This document shows positions 7,386 through 13,639 of a DNA stretch of 18,159 nucleotides, one piece after another. The first letter of the stretch is position 1. The number at the start of each line of letters is the position of its first letter. This stretch comes from Abditibacteriia bacterium (GTDB lineage Bacteria; Armatimonadota; Abditibacteriia; Abditibacteriales; Abditibacteriaceae), in assembly GCA_036833945.1 (NCBI GenBank), contig DAITOV010000061.1, forward strand, positions 1-18,159. The letters run 5' to 3'. The position numbers were made by a program, and so were the translations under genes. The notes beneath the pieces were generated by a model, which searched no databases, was not told where the DNA came from, and worked only from the letters and a program-made list of their open reading frames with translations.

Positions 7386-8153
7386 TTATTGCGTCGTTCG
7401 CCCACTGCGCTGTGGCAAGACACCTTTATAACGCGGTGCGGCTAACAGTTCCTTGGCGGCGGCAACCGGATCTTCGACGATCTCGGCTTCCAGGTAAGAC
7501 GTGCCGGTTTCGTTGGTGCCCATTCCCGCTTTGAGTGCGGCTAATGCCTGGTCGACAGCGCGTTCGTGCAGCGAATGCGCAATGCGGCGGTCGAGTGCGG
7601 CGTTGGGGTCGGATTGCAGCGCGGACTTATTAGCCAGGCTGCGCTTCTTCATCTCAATTTCCTGCGCCGTCTTATCGAACGAGCGCTCGGCGCTCTGGGT
7701 GGAAAAAGCCGAGTACTTTTTCTCGATCTCTTCCTGCTGGCGGCTCATGCGAGCATCGTCTTGCAGCTTGGGCATCTGCGCCATTTTCTTCTCGACGCTT
7801 TCACGGCGACTCATGAACTGCGAGGCCTTTTGCTCGGCCTCACCTTGCAGCGCGGTGTATTCGTCCTGCAAGGTTTTGATGCGGGTGGCGGTTTCAATCT
7901 GCAAGGCCAGGCAGCGGCGCGCGCCTTCGTCATCTTGTGCGCGCACCAGTTCAGCGGCCTGGTCGCCCAACGCACTGTGGCGTGCCAGGGCGGTGGTCAA
8001 CTCGTCGTATTTATCGTCGGCCCGTGCCATGGAGAACGCCGTGAGTTCTGAAAGGGCGCTTAGCTCTTCCATCAATTTACCGGCGTCGGCTTCGAGTTGG
8101 GCCTCCGGCGTTTTTTCATTACCGAGTACTTTGTTGATCCAATCTTTCATCAC
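7386..8153 (-). CDS. PspA/IM30-like coiled-coil protein (tentative family assignment)
   Basis: 255 aa, Gln/Glu/Ala-rich with heptad-type composition throughout (LQDEYTALQGEAEQKASQFMSRRESVEKKMAQM...). GGAGA sits 6 nt upstream of the ATG. Its position upstream of the NfeD-flotillin pair mirrors the known PspA and band-7 operon associations (for example B. subtilis pspA-ydjGHI). The N-terminal helix does not match the PspA consensus closely, hence moderate confidence. Confidence 0.55.
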   Translation of the reverse strand: MMKDWINKVLGNEKTPEAQLEADAGKLMEELSALSELTAFSMARADDKYDELTTALARHSALGDQAAELVRAQDDEGARRCLALQIETATRIKTLQDEYTALQGEAEQKASQFMSRRESVEKKMAQMPKLQDDARMSRQQEEIEKKYSAFSTQSAERSFDKTAQEIEMKKRSLANKSALQSDPNAALDRRIAHSLHERAVDQALAALKAGMGTNETGTSYLEAEIVEDPVAAAKELLAAPRYKGVLPQRSGRTTQ

Positions 8154-8204
8154 CGTTCTCCAAAGTGCACCTTCATAATAATGGTGCTCGCCTTCATTGT
8201 AGTC

Positions 8205-8223
8205 GAAAAAACCGTGTTTTTTC
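8205..8223. promoter_or_regulatory. Inverted repeat GAAAAAAC-CGT-GTTTTTTC (8-bp arms) and adjacent imperfect IR GTGCACC-N11-GGTGCTC in the Rrf2-to-PspA intergenic spacer; candidate operator
   Basis: Arms verified complementary. The A/T-only stem is too weak for a terminator. It lies between the Rrf2 stop (8240) and the PspA-like start (8153). Confidence 0.3.
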
Positions 8224-8239
8224 CAATTAGCCCGATTAT

Positions 8240-8674
8240 TTATCCCATTTCATTGCCCAGCCAGGCATCGGGGCGGCAAACCAGCACTTCGATAGAAGTG
8301 GTATCGAAGATGTTCTGCACCGAACGCCGGGCCTGCCCCACCACGTCGCGCAGGCCGCTTTCCAGCGAGAGGCTGGAGTTCGGTTCTTCCAACCAGTCGG
8401 GCATCGGCAGCAAGTCGCCCTGTGTGGCTGCCAACACCTGCCCCAGTGAAATCTGGTTCGGCGGCAGCAACAGACGATAACCGCCGCGCTGGCCCTTTTT
8501 GCTTTCGACCAAACCGGCATTTTTCAAGTCGAGCAGCACCTGTTCGAGGTACTTGCGCGGAATACCGCAGGTCTCGGCTATCTCGGCGATTTGCGCCCAT
8601 TCATCGCGGGCGTGCGAACGAATCAGGTAGGCCAGCGATTCAAACGCATACTTAGTGGTGTGTCCCAAACGCAT
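8240..8674 (-). CDS. Rrf2 family transcriptional regulator (apparently non-Fe-S type; only 2 Cys)
   Basis: MRLGHTTKYAFESLAYLIRS...IAEIAETCGIPRKYLEQVLLDLKNAGLVESKKGQRGGYRLLLPPNQISLGQVL matches the Rrf2 winged-helix signature (GxGGGYxLxxPxxxIxLxxV). It lacks the three-Cys cluster of IscR/NsrR. There is no SD before the ATG, so it may be leaderless. Confidence 0.8.
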   Translation of the reverse strand: MRLGHTTKYAFESLAYLIRSHARDEWAQIAEIAETCGIPRKYLEQVLLDLKNAGLVESKKGQRGGYRLLLPPNQISLGQVLAATQGDLLPMPDWLEEPNSSLSLESGLRDVVGQARRSVQNIFDTTSIEVLVCRPDAWLGNEMG

Positions 8675-8732
8675 ATTATGTTCAAGTTTATCAGCTTTTA
8701 TGGTATTTAATATCTGGCGTTATCAGAGAAAT

Positions 8733-8761
8733 TGACTAAACGGCTTTTTGTGTGCTATCCT
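8733..8761 (+). promoter_or_regulatory. Sigma70-like promoter TTGACT-17 bp-TGcTATCCT (extended -10) for the large secreted protein gene
   Basis: TTGACT at 8733-8738, a 17-nt spacer, and TATCCT at 8756-8761 preceded by TG at 8753-8754. Found by eye; no experimental support. Confidence 0.4.
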
Positions 8762-8780
8762 GAAGGCACTATTTCAGATC

Positions 8781-8802
8781 GTTTCCGGCAACGTTGCCGG
8801 AA
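8781..8802. promoter_or_regulatory. 22-bp perfect palindrome TTTCCGGCAACGTTGCCGGAAA in the divergent Rrf2/secreted-protein regulatory region (candidate operator or 5' UTR hairpin)
   Basis: Perfect dyad symmetry verified by hand. It sits about +12 to +33 relative to the predicted + strand TSS and about 110 bp upstream of the Rrf2 start. Confidence 0.45.
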
Positions 8803-8877
8803 ATGTTTTGTCATCGGTCGCATTGTTTATTCAATTCAATAAAGTCATTCGTCGTTATTAAGGAAGGTGCTTTTCGC

Positions 8878-11226
8878 TTGCGGACACTATTTTCTCTTCG
8901 TACCGTTCATCCCCGTCTGGCAGCACTGACGGCTGTCGCCTTAGCCGCCCTGTGCTCTCTTGCCGGCCAACCGGCTCAGGCCCAAAATGATAGCGGCAGC
9001 TACGGCCCCGTCGTTGCCATCGTCTCGCCCGAATATGCCGATGTGCTCAAAGGTCTGGAATCCATCGTGGTTTCCATTACCCCGCGACGCTATTCGGCCC
9101 AGACCATCGAACTGCTGGTAGACGGCAAGTCGATTACCGGTGCCATCCCCGCGCAAACGAAATTCAAGTGGGATACCAAGCTCTTTATCGACGGTCCGCA
9201 CACCCTCAGCGTGCGCGTTACTGATACTCAGGGTTTCATCGGCCAGGCCGAAACCATGATTTACATCAATAATAGCAATCTGCGCACCGAAACCGGCGCG
9301 CCGGTTTTGAGCTGGGGCGGCGTGCAAAACGGCCAGAACCTGAGCGGCACTGCAAAGCTTCAACTTTCAGCAGGCAGCGATTTCGGTGTGAAATACGTCT
9401 TCCTCAATGTCAATAGCGCCATCGCACCGGATATCAAACCGCCCTTGGCCTCGTGGATGACCAACCGCCCGCCCTATGAATTCTCGCTCGACACCTCCCG
9501 CTTCAAAGACGGCCTCTATGTCCTCGACGCCTACGCTTGGGATGCCATGGACAACGAGCGCCTCGCCCCACGCCTCACCGTTGGTTTTTATAACCACGGC
9601 CTGAACGCAACCACCCTGCAAAATCCGGCCTCTACTGCCGCTAACAATACCCCGGAAAAAGCCGCTTCCAGCAGCAACAACACCCGTGTTGCCAGCTCTG
9701 CATCGACCTCTCCTTCAACGACGCTGCCGCCGAGTTCTTCCGAACTTCTCAAGACCGCCGGTTCCTACACAGTAACGACTCGTAACGGCTGGATCAGCAG
9801 CAACCCAGCCCCCACCGAAGTGGAGACCCCCACCGCTTCGCAGCGCACTTCCACCATCGTTTCGGCTCGCGTTTCCGACCCGACACGTATTGCCCGTAAC
9901 CTGCCCGAGGCCCCGGCCACTGGTAATGCAGCAAGTAACAGCCAGGTGGAAGCTGCCACACAGCCCGGCGTGACCCTTGCCAGTTCGCAAGCTACTCAAA
10001 TCGAGACTCCCGTCACCGGCAGCACAACCGCTTCGATACCTGAGATTGGGGCCCAGAACCCGGCTCCTTCGGCCCGTGTTTCAGAGCCGACCCGCATTGC
10101 CCGCAACATGCCCGCCGCTCCGGCCCGCGTTGAAGCAACCACGCAACCCAAAGCAACTCTCTCGGGAACGGCCAACAATGCACCGATTGCCACCTCCTCG
10201 ATAGCTTCAACCAGTGCTGCAGATAACAGCAGCAATACCGTCGCCAAAATCTCCGAGCCAAGCCGTCTTGCGCGCACTTTGCCCGCAGCCCCGGCCCCGG
10301 CTTCCCCGGAAGTCCGTTGGACTGCCCCCAGCCGCTTCGAAGCCGCCCAGCCGGGCAGTGCCGTAGCTAACTTCGTTCCGCTCGAAACACCCGCCTCTAC
10401 CGTTGCAAGCAGCGGCAACAGCAACCTCACTTCCGATGCCCAACGCACCACCGGTGCGGCGCGCATCTCTGCCCTGCCTTCCACCTCCTTGCCGGGCAAA
10501 GCCGCTGTCAACACCACTCGCAGCAACAGCGCCCTACTTTCAGTTATCGAGAGCAGCGGCTACAATTCGCGTCTGGTATCGGCCGAACCGACATCCCTGT
10601 CGCGCATCAGCAGCACCCTGGCCCTGCCCACGTTGCCACGTTTGGCGCTCACTCCCAATTTGAGCCAGCCCAGCACCCCGGCCAATGTCGCGCAAACCAA
10701 CGCTATCCTCGTATCGCGCGGTATCAACGAACCCATCGTTTACGTTGCCCAGCGCAACGAGACTTTGGTCGCGATTGCCATGCGTAACAAAGTGCCGTTG
10801 GCCACCCTGGCCAATGCCAACAACCTGCCGCATAACGCCCGCATCAAAGAGGGCGAAAGCGTCGTGTTGCCGCAGGCCTTGCAGATTTCCTACAACGGCC
10901 AGGCTGTCACCGGCGACGTGGCTCCCTTCCTTATCGGCTCCACCAGCATCGCACCGTTCCGCTTCATGTTTGAAAAGCAGGGCGGCACCATGGAGTGGGA
11001 TGCCGTTAACCGCCGCGTTACCGCCCGCAACGGCGACCATGAAGTCACCATCAATATCGGCAGCAACGTCGCCCTGGTCAACCAGGAAGAAGTCATGATG
11101 GATATGGCCGCCTTCCTACTGAGCGGACGCACCATGGTGCCGGTTCGCTTCTTCGAAAAAGCCATGCAAGCCAAAGTAGAATGGGAACCGACCACCGGAC
11201 GCATCTATGTGGCGATGACGCCGTAA
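8878..11226 (+). CDS. Secreted multidomain cell-envelope protein: signal peptide, tandem Ig-like domains, Ser/Thr/Pro/Ala-rich repeat linker, LysM-like domain, copper amine oxidase N-terminal-like domain
   Basis: A TTG at 8878 is preceded by AAGGAAGG with 10-nt spacing and gives the signal peptide MRTLFSLRTVHPRLAALTAVALAALCSLAGQPAQA. The ORF track starts at an upstream TTG (8794) lying inside the palindrome. The linker carries a three-times repeated motif R(V/I)SEP(T/S)R(I/L)AR(N/T)(L/M)PAAPA. The LysM-like segment is YVAQRNETLVAIAMRNKVPLATLANANNLPHNARIKEGESVVLP. The C-terminus GRTMVPVRFFEKAMQAKVEWEPTTGRIYV is typical of Cu_amine_oxidN1 stalk domains. Confidence 0.8.
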   Translation: MRTLFSLRTVHPRLAALTAVALAALCSLAGQPAQAQNDSGSYGPVVAIVSPEYADVLKGLESIVVSITPRRYSAQTIELLVDGKSITGAIPAQTKFKWDTKLFIDGPHTLSVRVTDTQGFIGQAETMIYINNSNLRTETGAPVLSWGGVQNGQNLSGTAKLQLSAGSDFGVKYVFLNVNSAIAPDIKPPLASWMTNRPPYEFSLDTSRFKDGLYVLDAYAWDAMDNERLAPRLTVGFYNHGLNATTLQNPASTAANNTPEKAASSSNNTRVASSASTSPSTTLPPSSSELLKTAGSYTVTTRNGWISSNPAPTEVETPTASQRTSTIVSARVSDPTRIARNLPEAPATGNAASNSQVEAATQPGVTLASSQATQIETPVTGSTTASIPEIGAQNPAPSARVSEPTRIARNMPAAPARVEATTQPKATLSGTANNAPIATSSIASTSAADNSSNTVAKISEPSRLARTLPAAPAPASPEVRWTAPSRFEAAQPGSAVANFVPLETPASTVASSGNSNLTSDAQRTTGAARISALPSTSLPGKAAVNTTRSNSALLSVIESSGYNSRLVSAEPTSLSRISSTLALPTLPRLALTPNLSQPSTPANVAQTNAILVSRGINEPIVYVAQRNETLVAIAMRNKVPLATLANANNLPHNARIKEGESVVLPQALQISYNGQAVTGDVAPFLIGSTSIAPFRFMFEKQGGTMEWDAVNRRVTARNGDHEVTINIGSNVALVNQEEVMMDMAAFLLSGRTMVPVRFFEKAMQAKVEWEPTTGRIYVAMTP

Positions 11227-11242
11227 GAAAAGCCGAAGAAAC

Positions 11243-11278
11243 AAAAAGCGGGCCGAGAAATCGGCCCGCTTTTTTGTT
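11243..11278. terminator. Bidirectional rho-independent terminator AAAAAGCGGGCCGA-GAAA-TCGGCCCGCTTTTTTGTT (10-bp stem, GNRA tetraloop)
   Basis: A-run upstream and T-run downstream, 17 nt after the stop of the large secreted protein gene. Confidence 0.75.
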
Positions 11279-11439
11279 ATCCATTAATTATGAGCCTTCA
11301 AGATTTGAGCGCTTCGAAACCCGAGAAACGAAAAACCTCGAAAGGGTGTGGGATCGTTTGCCTGATACCGTTATTATATCTCGCCATCCTGAACCTCCTG
11401 CCATTTCTCTACACCCCGCCTGCCCTCACCACACAAAAG

Positions 11440-11850
11440 ATGGAAGTCATCCTCAAAATCACCACTTATATGACAGCCACCAAACGAAAGCATCAGTTGG
11501 AGGATATGAGATTGACACGTCATGATGTGCTTGAAGTCTTTCGAAATAACAGATGGATCGACGAGACAACAATTCTTAGTCAAGAGGAAATCGACAAAGG
11601 ATTGGATTTGGGCGAAGAACTAAAAAACGTGCATTACAATTCTGCTATCAGTAAAGGTGATATGATTCTGTTTTATCCTGCCGTTAGTTCTTTTCTTCCC
11701 CACCCACCTGGAGTTGTATATTCAATTCAAGGTAAAGATCCAAACTATGCCACTCAGCCGCGTATCAAGAATCTCCGGCCATTCATAAAAATAAACCCCA
11801 ACTGGTATTCATCCATGGCAATGAGGCCGCGACGATTCTCGGGATGGTAA
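11440..11850 (+). CDS. Hypothetical protein encoded in a low-GC (about 42%) cassette; no recognisable domain
   Basis: The ORF track gives 11290-11850. The first 50 codons directly abut the terminator and look non-coding; candidate starts are ATG 11440, 11470 or 11506 (GGAGG 2-3 nt upstream of the last). Protein ...MRLTRHDVLEVFRNNRWIDETTILSQEEIDKGLDLGEELKNVHYNSAISKGDMILFYPAVSS.... Its composition differs sharply from its neighbours. Confidence 0.4.
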   Translation: MEVILKITTYMTATKRKHQLEDMRLTRHDVLEVFRNNRWIDETTILSQEEIDKGLDLGEELKNVHYNSAISKGDMILFYPAVSSFLPHPPGVVYSIQGKDPNYATQPRIKNLRPFIKINPNWYSSMAMRPRRFSGW

Positions 11851-11861
11851 GCATAATAAGA

Positions 11862-11895
11862 CTAATCGGGCCGAGAAATCGGCCCGATTTTTGCT
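11862..11895 (+). terminator. Second copy of the same terminator hairpin ATCGGGCCGA-GAAA-TCGGCCCGATTTTTG (core CGGGCCGAGAAATCGGCCCG identical to 11243-11278)
   Basis: 10-bp stem, GAAA loop and T-run, 12 nt after the stop of the low-GC ORF. About 28 of 30 nt match the first copy. Confidence 0.7.
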
Positions 11896-12019
11896 GTCTG
11901 AAGGTATGTTGCAGGCTGCTGCCAGATTGAGGAATTCAGCCCGAAACAAACTCTCCTCAAAAACCGACATTCAACCTGCTTCTGATAAGAAGATACTCTC
12001 TTCTGCAAAGGAGCAAACC

Positions 12020-12235
12020 ATGAAAACGATTCGCCTGACAGTCCCCGAACTGATGCTCATCGTCGGCACCCGCGCACTGGCCGGTGCCGGATTAGCCCTA
12101 CTTCTGGCCGATAAACTCAACGAACAACAGCGCCGCGCCGTGGGGTGGACTTTGTTTGGGGTAGGAGCAATTACAACGCTGCCTTTGTTGCAGGAAGTGA
12201 AGACCAAAAGTGAAATTGAAGAGGAAGATCTCTGA
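12020..12235 (+). CDS. Small (71 aa) membrane protein with two hydrophobic helices; function unknown
   Basis: ATG at 12020 with AAAGGAG 6 nt upstream. The ORF-track N-terminal extension from 11891 overlaps the terminator and is not credited. Protein MKTIRLTVPELMLIVGTRALAGAGLALLLADKLNEQQRRAVGWTLFGVGAITTLPLLQEVKTKSEIEEEDL. Confidence 0.5.
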   Translation: MKTIRLTVPELMLIVGTRALAGAGLALLLADKLNEQQRRAVGWTLFGVGAITTLPLLQEVKTKSEIEEEDL

Positions 12236-12258
12236 TTCGCAGATGCACAATTAGTAGT

Positions 12259-12396
12259 CTGTAAAGTAATTTATTTCCCAACCATTCCTGGAACGGCAAA
12301 CTACTATTGGTGGCTCCGGCCTCCGTGCCGGAGGGGATGCGAAACTCACTCCGGCACGGAGGCCGGAGCCACCATACGCAATCACTTACTTTACAG
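12259..12396. repeat. Nested palindromic element: outer 11-bp inverted repeat CTGTAAAGTAA / TTACTTTACAG enclosing a perfect 25-26-bp GC-rich inverted repeat (GGTGGCTCCGGCCTCCGTGCCGGAG ... CTCCGGCACGGAGGCCGGAGCCACC, 15-nt loop)
   Basis: Inner arms 12309-12333 and 12349-12373 verified perfectly complementary, plus a T-A pair at 12308/12374. Outer arms lie at 12259-12269 and 12386-12396. No flanking U-run on either strand. It sits between convergent genes. Confidence 0.55.
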
Positions 12397-12433
12397 AATA
12401 ATTAGTTATCCCTTTGCAATCGAGGAAGCCGTC

Positions 12434-12551
12434 ATGAAGAACCGCGCGCGTCAGCGAGCCGGAAGGGCAAAAGCCTCTTACCAGTCCCAAGGGATGCCAG
12501 CGAAGCAAAAATGACGAGTCCTTCCACTTGCTCACGCGCGTGGTTCTTCAT
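12434..12551. repeat. 18-bp inverted repeat (ATGAAGAACCGCGCGCGT / ACGCGCGTGGTTCTTCAT, 1 mismatch) separated by about 82 nt, immediately 3' of the yhaM-like gene stop
   Basis: Arms at 12434-12451 and 12534-12551. The right arm is 8 nt from the minus-strand stop codon at 12559-12561. Confidence 0.4.
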
Positions 12552-12558
12552 TTCCGCG

Positions 12559-13584
12559 TTACTGCCCTTCCTTCATCCGCCGCATCGCACCCAGATAAAC
12601 CTTCCCGCTCTCCCAACCGAAGATTTCCTTGGAAGAAGCAAAATCATCACTCACACCCCGCTCCAACGCCTCGCGGCACTGGGCGGCGCGGGCGCTCATT
12701 AAGTCGCAGGAGCAGAGGATGATCGCTTCGGCGTTCATCGGAATTTTGGCTGCGCCGTGCTCGGGGCGGTTGTGGTGGGAAAGGATTAAGTGCAACAGCT
12801 CGTTTTTGAGCGTGGCGGGGAAGTCTGCAATATTTTCAATTGCGCGGGCGACAATCTGCGCGCCTAACACCACATGGCCCACTAAATTACCAGCCTCAGT
12901 GTATTCGCCCGCCGAAAGGCCGATGTCCATTTCTTGAATCTTGCCGATATCGTGCAGCAAGGCAGCGGTAATGAGCAAGTCGCGGTCGATATAGGGCAAC
13001 GTGCTCGCTACCCTTTCGCAAAGTTGGGCCACTTCCGCCGAATGTTCCAACAAGCCGCCGCGGTAGGCGTGGTGCATGTTCTTCGCGGCGGGAGCTGCTT
13101 CAAACTGGCTCCACAATTCACCTTTAGTGTCGAAAATCTCTTTGAGCAAGGCAAACAGCGATGGGTTGGAAACAGCGCGCACCACCTCGAAAAACCGTGC
13201 ACGTTGCGCCCCGTGGTCGTTAGGTAGCGGTGGCAGGTAGGGCGAAAGGTCGTCCGGCTCGGGTTCAGGGCGACAATCTTCGATTTTGACGTCGCCGATA
13301 TAAGTCGGGTTTTGTCCTTCCACATAGCCCTTCACCCGCACCAGACGCGCATCCGCTAAGCCCTCAAGCGCTTCGACGGGCGGCGAAAACCAGATCGCCC
13401 TGCGTTCACCGCTGCTATCGCGCAGGCGGCAGGAAAGGAAGATATTGCCGTTGGAAGCGGTGCGCTGTTGTTTATCACTGATAGCACAGATCATATCGGC
13501 AAAACGGAAGCCGGGCGTGAGGTCGATGAGCTTGACGGGCGGCTGATCACCGTTCGGCGAAAAAAGGAAATCGGGATTGGACAT
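12559..13584 (-). CDS. OB-fold + HD domain protein (YhaM-like 3'-5' exoribonuclease / HD phosphohydrolase)
   Basis: The N-terminus FADMICAISDKQQRTASNGNIFLSCRLRDSSGERRAIWFSPP is an OB-fold (tRNA_anti-like). The HD domain carries HHAYRGGLLEHSAEV, LITAALLHDIGKI and LLHLILSHHNRPEHGAAKIPMNAEAIILCSCDLMSA. Confidence 0.75.
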   Translation of the reverse strand: MSNPDFLFSPNGDQPPVKLIDLTPGFRFADMICAISDKQQRTASNGNIFLSCRLRDSSGERRAIWFSPPVEALEGLADARLVRVKGYVEGQNPTYIGDVKIEDCRPEPEPDDLSPYLPPLPNDHGAQRARFFEVVRAVSNPSLFALLKEIFDTKGELWSQFEAAPAAKNMHHAYRGGLLEHSAEVAQLCERVASTLPYIDRDLLITAALLHDIGKIQEMDIGLSAGEYTEAGNLVGHVVLGAQIVARAIENIADFPATLKNELLHLILSHHNRPEHGAAKIPMNAEAIILCSCDLMSARAAQCREALERGVSDDFASSKEIFGWESGKVYLGAMRRMKEGQ

Positions 13585-13639
13585 AGTATTTCATTGTAGC
13601 CTGTCTTGGCGTTCGTGAAAAATAGGTAAACTGGCGCGC

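Noticed and set aside
7501-8178. 225-aa and 161-aa + strand ORFs antisense to the PspA-like gene
   Set aside because: Antisense to a coiled-coil gene with a good RBS. Ser/Ala/Cys-rich nonsense composition.
8941-11204. Multiple minus-strand and frame-shifted ORFs (8941-9363, 9996-10526, 10540-11040, 10685-11098, 10890-11204 and others) inside the large secreted-protein gene
   Set aside because: They are embedded in a GC-rich, repeat-rich CDS whose + strand frame carries recognisable Ig-like, LysM and Cu-amine-oxidase-N-like motifs. None has independent support.
11290-11439. N-terminal 50 codons of the ORF-track model 11290-11850 (MSLQDLSASKPEKRK...)
   Set aside because: It begins 12 nt after the terminator T-run with no RBS. 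A later in-frame Met is the more likely start, so the CDS is shortened to 11440-11850, with uncertainty.
11891-12019. N-terminal extension of the small membrane protein ORF (from 11891)
   Set aside because: It overlaps the second terminator hairpin. The strong AAAGGAG-6-ATG at 12020 is the credible start.
12434-12514. 26-codon basic micro-ORF (MKNRARQRAGRAKASYQSQGMPAKQK) with an upstream GAGGAAG
   Set aside because: It lies inside the arms of an inverted repeat and is too short to support without conservation or ribosome-profiling data. It is noted only as a possibility.
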